Source of the DNA: a virus
Length of the DNA: 64,000 nucleotides
Reading direction: 5' to 3' (one strand)
Virus record (IMG/VR): IMGVR_UViG_3300046804_005146
Coordinates: 1-64,000 of that record
Below the pieces are notes generated by a model, which made no database searches, was not told the DNA's origin, and saw only the letters and a list, made by a program, of their open reading frames with translations. Of this stretch, positions 38,500 through 49,123 are shown piece by piece (position 1 is the first letter of the stretch; every line of letters starts with the position of its first letter). The position numbers and the translations under genes are program-made.

Positions 38500-38894
38500 T
38501 GTAAATGGGTACAGTTGCAATTAATTATTTTATCCAAAGTATTTTTGTAAATTGAAGCAATTTTATATATTTTTTCTTCAGAAAAATCGTTTAACCAATT
38601 AATAAGATATTCACTACCAGGTGTAAATGCGGCTTTTAAACGTGTGACTCCCGCTCCAGGTACATCACTTATGTTACCGTTAATGAGCCTTTTTTGAACA
38701 ATGCTAAGAGTTTTTTGCATATGGTTTACGATATATTCTTTTGACAATATATTAGTATCGCTATCTTCATACAATTTAATAATGTCTGCATCAACTTCTT
38801 CAGACTCTGGACATGTTTCATTGACAGGGGTTAAAAGAGTCGTGATATCAACAACTTTGCGTTTGTTTTCAACAAATACTTTAAAAGATTCCAT
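38490..38894 (-). CDS. Hypothetical protein with capsid-targeting-like N-terminus
   Basis: MESFKVFVE start. Confidence 0.6.
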   Translation of the reverse strand: MESFKVFVENKRKVVDITTLLTPVNETCPESEEVDADIIKLYEDSDTNILSKEYIVNHMQKTLSIVQKRLINGNISDVPGAGVTRLKAAFTPGSEYLINWLNDFSEEKIYKIASIYKNTLDKIINCNCTHLQWI

Positions 38895-39133
38895 TATTTT
38901 TTCTTCTTACGTGGTTTGTTGCGTCTTTGAACAGCACCTAACATTTTAGGTAGTCTATAGTCTCCAGTCGCGTAAGTATCTGTACCAGGTGTACCAGATG
39001 CTGAGCCTGGCTGATACATATTTGGTGCATTGCCTAATGCTCCACCAGCTCCTGCAGTATTAGGGTATGTTGGTACATATCCTGGTCCATTTTCACCTAA
39101 AACCTTTTTAAATCTTTGTTCGTAATTACGCAT
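38894..39133 (-). CDS. Small Gly/Pro-rich protein with basic tail
   Basis: 79 aa; DYRLPKMLG..RRNKPRKKKK. Confidence 0.6.
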   Translation of the reverse strand: MRNYEQRFKKVLGENGPGYVPTYPNTAGAGGALGNAPNMYQPGSASGTPGTDTYATGDYRLPKMLGAVQRRNKPRKKKK

Positions 39134-39166
39134 TGAAATGTATACTATAGTATTTATAATTAAATA

Positions 39167-39562
39167 ATGGATTTATTAGATAGATATATTAAAGAGATCG
39201 AAGAAGACCTCAAAATAGATGAATTCAATATAAAAGAGGCTTCTTTAAAATCCCCTAGTAAAAAGCATTATTGGGTTGCTAAATTAATTCAGCATAAAAA
39301 GAATATAAGTAAACTAGAGTTTGAAAAAGAGCAATTACGTAAAAAACTCACTCAAGAAATTCAGTATCAATCCCCAGTTAAACTGTCTCCTATGACGTTA
39401 GAGAAGACAGCAGAAGACGCTGACCTATTAAAAGAAATTACCCGTAAAATAGCTGATGAAAAATTGATAGTAGAGTTTTTAGAAAGAACTGAAAAAACAT
39501 TCAGCTCACTTACATACGATATTAAAAATATCGTTGAAATAATGAAATTAGAGCAAATGTAA
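39167..39562 (+). CDS. uvsY: Recombination mediator UvsY-like
   Basis: DLKIDE, P..KHYW, YDIKNIVE; precedes UvsW. Confidence 0.75.
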   Translation: MDLLDRYIKEIEEDLKIDEFNIKEASLKSPSKKHYWVAKLIQHKKNISKLEFEKEQLRKKLTQEIQYQSPVKLSPMTLEKTAEDADLLKEITRKIADEKLIVEFLERTEKTFSSLTYDIKNIVEIMKLEQM

Positions 39563-39563
39563 A

Positions 39564-40988
39564 ATGTTTAACATCGAATATTTACCTAACAGAAGAATGT
39601 GTAAACTCACGGGTGATAAATTCGATGAGATTAGAGAACATTTTAGTGAGAAAATACAAGGAGCATTTTTTGCTAAAAAACGTAATCCGTGGTTAAGTGA
39701 TAGATCTTATGCTTTAACACCCACAGGCTTATTTGAACCTGGTATGTTTTATCCAATATTACGTTATATTAAACAAACATACCCTAATGAAAATATAACT
39801 TTATCATCAAATCTAACCGAAAATATTAAACCAACATATAACTCGTCTGTGTTTAATGATTTAAATCTTAAACTAAGAGATTATCAGATAGAGGCAGTAG
39901 AACATGCGTTAAAATTTGGTAAAGGTATTATTAAACTCGGTACCGGTGGAGGCAAAACTCTTACAATAGCTTCACTACTAACCTCTATATATCTATATAA
40001 CAAAGATAACTTCAAATGCTTATTGATTGTACCTGATTTAACATTGGTGAATCAAACATTTAATGATTTTGTTCAATATGGAGTTCCAATGAAAATGACA
40101 AGGTGGACAGGGTCTATTGATCCAGACTTAACAAGCCAACTTGTTATAGCAAATACCAGTGTAATTCAAAGTAGAATTGAAGACAACGATTGGATATTCA
40201 ATGTTAGTGTCGTTGTGGTGGATGAATGTCATAAATTAAGAAAGGGTAATAAAATTTGTAAAATTATAACAGGCATTAAAACTAACAACAAATATGGATT
40301 AACAGGTACTTTACCTGATAATAAAACAGATGAATGGAATATTGTAGGTAAACTTGGTGATGTATTTTTTGAAAAAACTAGCCATGAATTAAAACTTGAA
40401 GAATATCTAACTAATGCTGAGATAAAAATATTAGAAATAAAATATAAACTGCCGTTACAATACCCTGCAAATACTAACAAATATAGGTATGAGTTAGACT
40501 TTATTTACAGTAACGATTATAGGAATGGTATTATAGAAACAGTGTGTAAAAACGTAAAAAACAATACTCTTGTATTAGTTAATCATATTGCTCATGGTGA
40601 AGCTTTGTACAATAAAATGAGTAAAAGTTTAACCAATAAAAAGGTTTACTTTATACGTGGTGAAGTAGATGTAGATGAAAGAAGCAGAGTAATTTCTGAA
40701 ATGGAACAAAGAGACGATGTGGTATGTATTGCTATTAGCGCTATTTTTTCTACCGGTGTTAACATCAAAAATCTTCATATGATCATTTTTGCTTCCGGAG
40801 GTAAGAGTTTTATAAGAACTGTGCAGTCAATCGGTCGTGGATTACGTTTAAATCCAAACAAAAATAAATTATATATTATAGATTTAGTAGATGACTTGAA
40901 ATACAGTAGAGAACATAGTGAAAAACGTAAGAGTATATATACATCCGAAAAGATACAATACAAGGTAGTTCCGATCATGGAACGATAA
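39564..40988 (+). CDS. uvsW: UvsW-like SF2 helicase
   Basis: LRDYQ, GTGGGKT, DECH, GLTGT, QSIGRGLR. Confidence 0.92.
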   Translation: MFNIEYLPNRRMCKLTGDKFDEIREHFSEKIQGAFFAKKRNPWLSDRSYALTPTGLFEPGMFYPILRYIKQTYPNENITLSSNLTENIKPTYNSSVFNDLNLKLRDYQIEAVEHALKFGKGIIKLGTGGGKTLTIASLLTSIYLYNKDNFKCLLIVPDLTLVNQTFNDFVQYGVPMKMTRWTGSIDPDLTSQLVIANTSVIQSRIEDNDWIFNVSVVVVDECHKLRKGNKICKIITGIKTNNKYGLTGTLPDNKTDEWNIVGKLGDVFFEKTSHELKLEEYLTNAEIKILEIKYKLPLQYPANTNKYRYELDFIYSNDYRNGIIETVCKNVKNNTLVLVNHIAHGEALYNKMSKSLTNKKVYFIRGEVDVDERSRVISEMEQRDDVVCIAISAIFSTGVNIKNLHMIIFASGGKSFIRTVQSIGRGLRLNPNKNKLYIIDLVDDLKYSREHSEKRKSIYTSEKIQYKVVPIMER

Positions 40989-41010
40989 GATTCTAATATA
41001 TAATTGTACT

Positions 41011-41457
41011 ATGGCAAAACGCGGACCTAAACCAAAGAAGACAGAATACTACGTAGACCCAGAAATATTTAAAGCTCAGCTTGTAACCTATTACACAAAA
41101 AACACAGGGTTAGATGATTTAGCAAATTCTATCAATAAGATAGCTCACGGGTTAAGTTATTCTTCCAATTTTATTAACTATACTTATCGAGATGAGATGG
41201 TAGGTGACGCGTTAGTAAAAATGTTCACTGCTGTAAAAAATAAGAAATTTGACATCACATCAGAACATAGCCCTTTTTCATATTTTACTACCATAGCTTT
41301 CCATGCTTTTATTAATAGAATTAAAAAAGAAAAGAAACATAATGAAGCGGTAAATGAATTCAAGAGCAGATTTTACGAAGAAGAAATGAAAGATAGCTCA
41401 GACATAAACATTTATGTAAAACCAGACGGCGATACTGACGATACTAACGATGAATAA
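41011..41457 (+). CDS. Late sigma factor, gp55-like
   Basis: YYVD, NFINYTYRDEMVGDA, PFSYFTTIAFHAFINRIKKEK. Confidence 0.9.
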   Translation: MAKRGPKPKKTEYYVDPEIFKAQLVTYYTKNTGLDDLANSINKIAHGLSYSSNFINYTYRDEMVGDALVKMFTAVKNKKFDITSEHSPFSYFTTIAFHAFINRIKKEKKHNEAVNEFKSRFYEEEMKDSSDINIYVKPDGDTDDTNDE

Positions 41458-42480
41458 TAAAGTAGCAATATTTTCAGATTTACATTTAGGTGTACATCAA
41501 AATTCAAATTATTGGATAGAAATTGCACTAAATGGTTTAAACAAGAACTAGATAGTCAAGGTATAAATGACGTAATTTTCTGTGGAGATTTTTTCCATTA
41601 TAGAGATGAAATTAGTCTAATTTCATTAGATGCAGCAAATCAATTTCTAGATGAATTAAATGACAAACGCATTTATATGATAACAGGTAATCACGACTGT
41701 TATTATAAAGAAACATCGGAGGTAAATAGTTTATCTATTTTTAAAGGCAGATCTAATATCACCGTTTATGATGAACTAACTACTATCCACATTAACGGTA
41801 AATCGGTAACTTTTTGCCCTTGGGGTACTCAAATTAAAGACATACCAAAAAGTGATTTATTATTCGGACATTTTGAATTGCAAAATTTCAAAATGAATGC
41901 ATTTAAAGTTTGTGATACAGGTGATGACCCAGAAATATTATCAAATAAATCACCGTTAACTTTTTCAGGACATTTTCATTCTAGAGATGAAAAGACATTT
42001 GGTGATAATAAAATTATTTACGTCGGTAACCCTTTTCAAATGGATTTTGCTGATGCAAATCAGTACAAAGGCTACTATACTCTCGAATTTGATACAGGCG
42101 AATATAAATTCATACCTAACAAGAAAACACCAATCCATGTAAAAATTAATCTATCTAAATTAATTCAATTAAAAGATGCTGATAAAGAATTTAACGATTA
42201 TTTACCAAATAATATCGTAAAATTAGTTGTTGATAAAAACATTAGTACAGAACATTTAGATATATTGACAGCTAAATTCTTTTCATACAAACCAGATGAT
42301 TTCAGTATAGATTACGACGTCAATTATAATAAAATCAAAGTTGAACAAGATGTCGATCACCACCTATCAGGTGTTTCTATTGAAAATGCTATTGAAGAAT
42401 TTGTTAACATGCTAGATATTAACAATAAAAAAGAAGTAATAGATTATACTATTAACTTGCTACAAAAAGCAAAACTATGA
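41450..42480 (+). CDS. Recombination endonuclease gp47/Mre11-like, frameshifted near the 5' end
   Basis: FSDLHLG in frame from ATG 41450 (stop at 41551); GDFF, GNHD, GHF, SGHFH in the -1 frame. Confidence 0.85.
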
Positions 42481-44279
42481 AATTTGTAACGTTTAAACAG
42501 CTTAAAATTAAAAATTTTCTGTCTATTGGTAACACTCCAGTAATAGTAGACTTCACTAAAGGCGTTCACATTATAACTGGCATCAATAGAGATAAAGAAG
42601 ATAGAAGAAATGGAGTAGGTAAGTCGACAGTAGCTGATGCTCTATATTTTGCAATATTTGGTAGTACTATTAGAGACATTAAAAAAGACTTTGTTGTTAA
42701 TAATATTACTCAAGGTCAATGCGAGGTTCAGTTAGAATTTCATGTTAATTCGCCTAGAGGTAGCGATGATTTTCTAATTGTTCGAACACTTAACCCATCA
42801 AAATTGTACGTCTACAAAAATGGTAAGGATAAGACTAGAGATAGTATAGCAAATACAACTGAATACATCGAAGCAGTTTTATCATCATCTTCTGAGATTT
42901 TTCAAAACTGCGTTATTATGACACTTAATAATACCATACCTTTTATGGCTAAAGGTAAGGTAGAGAAACGTAAATTTATTGAGCAAATTTTTAATCTACA
43001 AATATTTTCACAAATGATGTCTATTCTTAGAGATGAACATAATGAAGTGAAAAAGACGTTTGATATTGAAGTAGCAAAACATGATGAAATCAAGAACTCC
43101 ATTGAAACATACAAACAATCTAAAGAACAAAAGACAAAAGAAAAGAATTTAAAAATACAGAATATCAAACAAAAAATACAGCAAAATATCACTACAATTG
43201 AAAACTTAAAACTGCAGCATAACACAGAGTTGCTCATGGATTTTGAAGGTAAAAATAAAGATCTTACAAATCTAAATGAAGCTTATGATAGACTTGAAAG
43301 TAAAATAGAGCAACTAGTGATCGATATTACAGAAATTAATTCAAACGTTAAGAATAAGAGTAAGCTTTTGTCTGAAGTAGGTACAGATAATGATGTATGC
43401 CCTACATGTTTGAGACCGATAACAGATCATGATAAAACAGAATTAAATGAAAAGAAAAATAAGTTTGAGTGCGAAATTGTGAATTTAAATTCAGACTTAA
43501 ACAGTAAGAAAAATATCTTAATTGAATATAAAGATAAACATACAAAAATTAAAAAACATATTGGTATCATTAACGATGAACTTAATAATTTTAAAATTGC
43601 TTTAAACAATAAAAATGCTTTGCAAAGTCGTATTGAAGGGTTAATTGACATCAATAACCAGTTAAATGAAAGTATTAATAGTATTAGTGACAGTGATAAT
43701 ACCTTTGATACATTAATACAAGAAACATCTACAAGACTAGAAAATGTTAAAACTGAAATTGATAATATTAAGAAGGTTATCAATTTACTCGATGTTGTTA
43801 AATTTGTAGTAAGTGAAGAAGGTGTAAAAAGCTACATAGTTAAAAAAATATTACAAAATTTTAACAGTAAATTAGCTTTTTATCTAAAGAGATTAGATAG
43901 CAATAGTATATGTGTGTTCAATGAATATTTTGAAGAAGAGATATTAAATGAAAAAGGTAAATTATGCTCATACAACAATTTTTCCGGAGCTGAACGTAAA
44001 GCCATTGATTTAGCATGTTTATTTTCATTTATGGATATGCGTAAGTCGCAAGGAGATGTTCATTACAACATTAGTTTGTATGATGAATTATTTGATAGTA
44101 GTTTAGATGAAAAGGGTGTGGAACTTGTGTTAGATATCTTGAAAGAACGTTGCGAAAAACATAATGAAGCTATCTATATTATTAGTCATAGAAAAGAGAG
44201 CACTAAATTTGCAACCGGAGACATCATATTCTTAGAAAAACATAACGGTATAACAAAAAGAGTTAATTTTGTTGACTAA
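42477..44279 (+). CDS. Recombination ATPase gp46/Rad50-like
   Basis: NGVGKST, CPTC zinc hook, FSGAE, DELFDSSLD, ISH. Confidence 0.93.
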   Translation: MKFVTFKQLKIKNFLSIGNTPVIVDFTKGVHIITGINRDKEDRRNGVGKSTVADALYFAIFGSTIRDIKKDFVVNNITQGQCEVQLEFHVNSPRGSDDFLIVRTLNPSKLYVYKNGKDKTRDSIANTTEYIEAVLSSSSEIFQNCVIMTLNNTIPFMAKGKVEKRKFIEQIFNLQIFSQMMSILRDEHNEVKKTFDIEVAKHDEIKNSIETYKQSKEQKTKEKNLKIQNIKQKIQQNITTIENLKLQHNTELLMDFEGKNKDLTNLNEAYDRLESKIEQLVIDITEINSNVKNKSKLLSEVGTDNDVCPTCLRPITDHDKTELNEKKNKFECEIVNLNSDLNSKKNILIEYKDKHTKIKKHIGIINDELNNFKIALNNKNALQSRIEGLIDINNQLNESINSISDSDNTFDTLIQETSTRLENVKTEIDNIKKVINLLDVVKFVVSEEGVKSYIVKKILQNFNSKLAFYLKRLDSNSICVFNEYFEEEILNEKGKLCSYNNFSGAERKAIDLACLFSFMDMRKSQGDVHYNISLYDELFDSSLDEKGVELVLDILKERCEKHNEAIYIISHRKESTKFATGDIIFLEKHNGITKRVNFVD

Positions 44280-44304
44280 TTAACACTTACATATAAATTT
44301 TAAT

Positions 44305-45531
44305 ATGATATTGCCACCTGGTAGAGTGCCTTTTGCTAATAATGTAGCTATTCCTTTTCAATCATCAAATCCTTTAAATGCATCTACAAATGCACCAAAA
44401 ACATCTGAACCTGAACAACCAAAAGAGCTTCAATTACCTAGATTTTTAAGTTACTATGCTGATTATAGTGGATGTGGTCATTGGAGACTGATTTGGCCAG
44501 AACAAGTTTTAAATGCACATCAAAAAGCAGTCTGTCAAGGTACAACAGTAATGAACCTTGATCCAAGATATTATATAATGGCTAAAGGTGTTAGAGTTCA
44601 AAGACAAGCAACTAAACAACAATTGGAATTTGTTAAATTACTGAAGGATATATCTAGACAGAATGGAATGAAAGTAATGTATGAAATTGACGATTTGTGC
44701 TTTAAAGAAGATATTCCAGACTATAACAAGTATAAACCAGCATTTGAAAATCCTGAAATAAGAGCATCTGCACAAGAAATAATGTCTTTATGTGATGAAA
44801 TTACTGTTACCTGTAAATTCATGAAAGATTATTACATGAATAAAACAGGTAATAAAAATGTCACTATTATTCCAAATTTTATGCCTAAGTTTTGGTTAGG
44901 TCATTATTATGATTTAACTAAAAATATGAATAATCTTGATAGGTGTAAAAAGAAACCACGTATTTTATACGCCGGTTCCGGTGCACACTTTGATGTTGAT
45001 AATAGAACAGGTCAAAAAGACGATTTTTACCATGTTAATGAAGTTATTAGAAAAACAGTAGACAAATATCAGTGGGTGTTTTTAGGTGCATTTCCATTAC
45101 CATTAATAGATTTAGTGAGAAACGGTAAAATTGAATTCCATCAATGGAAAAGAATATATGAATACGGTCAAGGTATTAGTGATTTGAATGTTAATATGAT
45201 GGTAGCTCCTTTACAAAATAATAATTTTAATAAGTCTAAGAGTGACTTAAAGTATATTGAAGCATGTGCATTTGGATTACCCATTGCATGTCAAAATCTT
45301 TGTACATACGAAAATGCACCTATTAAATTCGACACAGGTGCTGAAATGATTGATAGAATAGATGAAACAATAAAGGATGTAGACAAATATAGAGCTATGT
45401 GTAAGAAAGCAAGACAATACGCGGACACAAGATGGTTAGAAAACGACGACAATATTGATTGCTACATGGAATTGTATATGACTCCTTTCGGCTCTAAAGA
45501 AAGAAAACATATTAGTAGATTTAACACGTAG
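44305..45531 (+). CDS. GT-B fold glycosyltransferase
   Basis: SGCGHWRL..P, YEIDD, APLQNNNFNKSKSDLKYIE. Confidence 0.75.
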   Translation: MILPPGRVPFANNVAIPFQSSNPLNASTNAPKTSEPEQPKELQLPRFLSYYADYSGCGHWRLIWPEQVLNAHQKAVCQGTTVMNLDPRYYIMAKGVRVQRQATKQQLEFVKLLKDISRQNGMKVMYEIDDLCFKEDIPDYNKYKPAFENPEIRASAQEIMSLCDEITVTCKFMKDYYMNKTGNKNVTIIPNFMPKFWLGHYYDLTKNMNNLDRCKKKPRILYAGSGAHFDVDNRTGQKDDFYHVNEVIRKTVDKYQWVFLGAFPLPLIDLVRNGKIEFHQWKRIYEYGQGISDLNVNMMVAPLQNNNFNKSKSDLKYIEACAFGLPIACQNLCTYENAPIKFDTGAEMIDRIDETIKDVDKYRAMCKKARQYADTRWLENDDNIDCYMELYMTPFGSKERKHISRFNT

Positions 45532-45551
45532 ATGGTATATTATTAACGGTA

Positions 45552-48113
45552 ATGAGTTACCGTAATATTTACTATAATGGTAAAGAGCATGAGATTGTAC
45601 TGTTTACTTGGGATAAAGACGGTAAAAGAGTACAACTAAAAGTCACCCATGACCCGTACATTTATCTAGAAAATGTAAAAGGTGAAGCTGAATCTATTTA
45701 CGGTACAAAGCTAACTAAAAAGATATTTAGAAATCAGTATGAACGTTATAAATTTCTGAAAGAATCAGAGATCAAACGCGTATTTGAAAACTTAAACATA
45801 ACACAACAATATCTTGTAGATACATTCTGGCAAAATAACGAAACACCTGAATTTAGCAAACATCCTATCAAGATATTATTTTTAGACATTGAGGTCCACG
45901 CACCAGATGAGTTTCCAAAACCAACTGAAGCAAAGCAACCGGTAAACGTTATTACTGTTTACGATAATATAACTAACAAATACCATACATGGGGTTGTGG
46001 TAAATATACACCAGAAGAAAATGACGTTGTTTACTATAACTGCAAGACAGAAAAGGAAATTTTAATCAAGTTTTTAGAGTATCTTGAGAAAGATTATCCT
46101 GACGTTCTATCAGGCTGGAACTCAGAGTTTTTCGATATACCTTATTTAATTAACAGAATAACAAATCTTTTAGGTGAAGAGTATGCAAGAAGATTGTCAC
46201 CTGTAAATTCAATTTACTACAGAACAATACCCAATCAATTTGGACAAGAAACAATTCGTTGGCATATTGACGGAGTATCTCTTATCGATTATCTCGATGT
46301 TTACAAAAGATTCTGTTTAGGTGAAAGAGAAAGCTATAAACTGAATAGTATAGCAGAAGCTGAATTGGGTGAGAAAAAGATAGATTTCGGTGTAATGAAT
46401 CTAGCAACGTTAGCAGATAACGATTGGCAAACATTTGTAAAGTATAATATTCAGGACGTTAGACTAGTATCAAAGCTAGAAAACAAACTGAAATATCTAG
46501 AACTTATTCGTATGTTAGCATACGTTGGGTTAACTTCATTTGAAGGGGCAATGGGTACGTTATCTGTAATTAACGGAGCTACTGCTATTAGAGCTCGTTA
46601 TAGAGGTCAAAAAATACCAACATTCATACGTAATGAAGATGATGGTAAGAAAAATCCTGGAGCATATGTAGGTGAGCCATTGAGTGGGTTTCAACAATAC
46701 ATCGTATCTTTTGATGCTAATTCTCTATACCCTAACGTGATGATTAGCTTGAATATATCACCAGAGACAAAAGTAGGTGGTATAACTCATAGAGAAAATG
46801 GTAAAGTTTTTATTAAAACTACTAACGGTAAAGTGCATGAATTGACCGAGGATAATTTTCAGCTTTTTGTACAACAGAAAAAGATTGCAATTAGTAAAGC
46901 AAATATTTTGTTTACTCAGGTTAAAAAAGGTATAATGCCAGAGATTCTTGATTACTATTACAATCAAAGACAAGAGATCAAAAAAGATCTAAAGAAGTAT
47001 AAGAAGCAATATGCAGAGAAATCCGATAAAAACGTGAAGATGAAAATAGATCAGTTAGACGCAAAACAGCTATGTATCAAAGTTTTCATCAATTCAATTT
47101 ACGGTTATTTCGGTAATAAAAATGCATCTTTTGGTGATGATGATATTGCATCCTCAATTACTTTAACCGGTCAAGCAGTTATTAAACAGTCAAACGAGTT
47201 ACTTAAAGAGTTTTTAAAACAAAAAACTAACATTGCAGATGAAGTTATTCTAAATAAAAACATCATTTACAATGACACTGATTCTAGTTACGTTTCTATT
47301 AAACCTCTTATTGAAAACAATATTGTAACTTTTAATGATGGAAAAAAACTAACTGAAGAAACATACAACGTGGTTCAAGAAATTGAAGATTATCTAAACA
47401 AGAAAATTAAAATTTGGGGTAGTAAAGAATTAAATTCCAATGACTGTAGATTTAATTTTAAGAGAGAAGCTATAGCGGATGTCGGTATTTTTCTACAGAA
47501 GAAACGTTACGTTATGCATGTAATGGATGATGAAGGCATACCTTGTGATAAATTTAAATACACAGGGGTAGAAGTGGTGCGTAGTACCATGCCTAGCGCA
47601 ATTAAACCACATGTAAAGCGTATTATAGAAACGATGTTAATGTCTAGAAACGTTAATGATACAAATAAAGTGGTTAATGAAATATATGATATTTTTAAGA
47701 ATCTACCGGTAGAAGATATTACGTTTGTTAGTAACATTAATGGATATGAGGAGTATGCTTCTAAATGTGATGAGTTTAAAACATGTAAAGGTATGCCTGC
47801 ACATGTAAAAGCAGCATACTACTATAACTTACTTTTAGATAGGTTTGGTGTAAGCAACAAATATGAAAAAATCGGTTCAGGTGACAAAGTAAGACATTTT
47901 TACGTTAAGCAGCCTAATAGTTACAAGATAAATGGTATAGCATACAAATACTATTACCCAGAAGAATTTAAAAGTAAATTCGAACCAGATTACAATCTCA
48001 TGTTTGAGAAACATATCTTTTCTGTGGTAGATAGATTTTATAAAAACGTCAATTGGACAGCTCAAAAACCTGGCAGTCAAGTACAGACAGATTTGTTCAG
48101 CTTATTATCTTGA
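45552..48113 (+). CDS. Family B DNA polymerase, gp43-like
   Basis: DIE, GWNSEFFD, YNIQD, DANSLYP, KVFINSIYG, YNDTDS, KKRY. Confidence 0.96.
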   Translation: MSYRNIYYNGKEHEIVLFTWDKDGKRVQLKVTHDPYIYLENVKGEAESIYGTKLTKKIFRNQYERYKFLKESEIKRVFENLNITQQYLVDTFWQNNETPEFSKHPIKILFLDIEVHAPDEFPKPTEAKQPVNVITVYDNITNKYHTWGCGKYTPEENDVVYYNCKTEKEILIKFLEYLEKDYPDVLSGWNSEFFDIPYLINRITNLLGEEYARRLSPVNSIYYRTIPNQFGQETIRWHIDGVSLIDYLDVYKRFCLGERESYKLNSIAEAELGEKKIDFGVMNLATLADNDWQTFVKYNIQDVRLVSKLENKLKYLELIRMLAYVGLTSFEGAMGTLSVINGATAIRARYRGQKIPTFIRNEDDGKKNPGAYVGEPLSGFQQYIVSFDANSLYPNVMISLNISPETKVGGITHRENGKVFIKTTNGKVHELTEDNFQLFVQQKKIAISKANILFTQVKKGIMPEILDYYYNQRQEIKKDLKKYKKQYAEKSDKNVKMKIDQLDAKQLCIKVFINSIYGYFGNKNASFGDDDIASSITLTGQAVIKQSNELLKEFLKQKTNIADEVILNKNIIYNDTDSSYVSIKPLIENNIVTFNDGKKLTEETYNVVQEIEDYLNKKIKIWGSKELNSNDCRFNFKREAIADVGIFLQKKRYVMHVMDDEGIPCDKFKYTGVEVVRSTMPSAIKPHVKRIIETMLMSRNVNDTNKVVNEIYDIFKNLPVEDITFVSNINGYEEYASKCDEFKTCKGMPAHVKAAYYYNLLLDRFGVSNKYEKIGSGDKVRHFYVKQPNSYKINGIAYKYYYPEEFKSKFEPDYNLMFEKHIFSVVDRFYKNVNWTAQKPGSQVQTDLFSLLS

Positions 48114-48142
48114 TTTTTAATACATCTTAAATATTATAAGAT

Positions 48143-48490
48143 ATGTCATATATTACTTTTATTGATAACACCGGTCGCAATATTATCGGTCAATTAAGTT
48201 CTGAAACTCCTAACACCATTACAGTTAAGAATCCGGTAATGGTTTTAGTTCAACCACAGCAAAATGGTCAACTATCAGTTCAATTGATTCCACTATTTTT
48301 GAATGAATTTGTAAAAGCTGTAAATAATAGTAGAGAATTTAGCTTTACTTTTACTAAGTCATCTATTGCAATTGGTACAGATTTTTCTATTGATGATAGA
48401 ATTCTTTCTCAATACGAAAAGCTTTTAAACTCAACTGCTAGAAAGCAAGAAGAAAAGGGACCAGAAGTTATTAAACTCTTTGATGAATAA
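48143..48490 (+). CDS. Hypothetical protein (possibly Sm-like fold)
   Basis: GRNIIG..VKNPVMV; C-terminal IKLF. Confidence 0.6.
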   Translation: MSYITFIDNTGRNIIGQLSSETPNTITVKNPVMVLVQPQQNGQLSVQLIPLFLNEFVKAVNNSREFSFTFTKSSIAIGTDFSIDDRILSQYEKLLNSTARKQEEKGPEVIKLFDE

Positions 48491-48524
48491 TTAAAAAAGA
48501 GCTGTAATTTGAATAAATAATTGT

Positions 48525-48761
48525 ATGAGCTTACCAGTAAAATTAAACACAACAAAAGAATTAGTAGTTCGTCCAGCAGAAACAATTACTACCGATACAT
48601 TAGTAATTGAAAGAATTGTTGACATTCCAGAAGAAAAATCAGTATTCGTATTTATCAGAGGTTTAGGCAGAGTTAAAGTCGCTGCCTTGAGTGATGCTAA
48701 ATATGATGCCCCTCAATGGACCAATGAATCATTAGCTGCTGCAGTAGCTGCTCAATTCTAA
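48525..48761 (+). CDS. Hypothetical late protein
   Basis: 78 aa; TAAATA 5 nt upstream, terminator downstream. Confidence 0.7.
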   Translation: MSLPVKLNTTKELVVRPAETITTDTLVIERIVDIPEEKSVFVFIRGLGRVKVAALSDAKYDAPQWTNESLAAAVAAQF

Positions 48762-48778
48762 TAAAACCATAATTATTT

Positions 48779-48806
48779 AAACCGCCTCGAAAGAGGCGGT
48801 TTTTTT
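48779..48806 (+). terminator. Intrinsic terminator
   Basis: AAACCGCCTC-GAAA-GAGGCGGTTT followed by further Ts. Confidence 0.9.
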
Positions 48807-48842
48807 GTGGTTGAATACCTGGAAATACAGTTTAATTATAGT

Positions 48843-49100
48843 ATGAACAAAAAACTATTAGCAGAAGAATTTAAGAGAGGTCAAACGGATGGGTTAGTAG
48901 GAACTGCAATTGTAATGACCAAAATTATTAATGGTACTGATAAAGGTAACGGGGTTCTAGCTAATAAAGAGTTAGAAAAAATTCGTAGAGTATTTTTATC
49001 TTGGAGAGATGTTATGATTGAAAACATGGATAAAAATAATGCAGTATCCAAGAGATTGACAGAAACACTTATCAATACTAAAAAGATAATGGATTCTTAA
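48843..49100 (+). CDS. Hypothetical protein
   Basis: ATG 48843 preferred over GTG 48807. Confidence 0.6.
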   Translation: MNKKLLAEEFKRGQTDGLVGTAIVMTKIINGTDKGNGVLANKELEKIRRVFLSWRDVMIENMDKNNAVSKRLTETLINTKKIMDS

Positions 49101-49123
49101 TTTCTGTACGCTATAATTAGCGT

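Noticed and set aside
47268-47285. Polymerase motif YNDTDS instead of YGDTDS as an adaptation to modified dNTPs
   Set aside because: Catalytic aspartates are intact and a single substitution is too weak without an alignment
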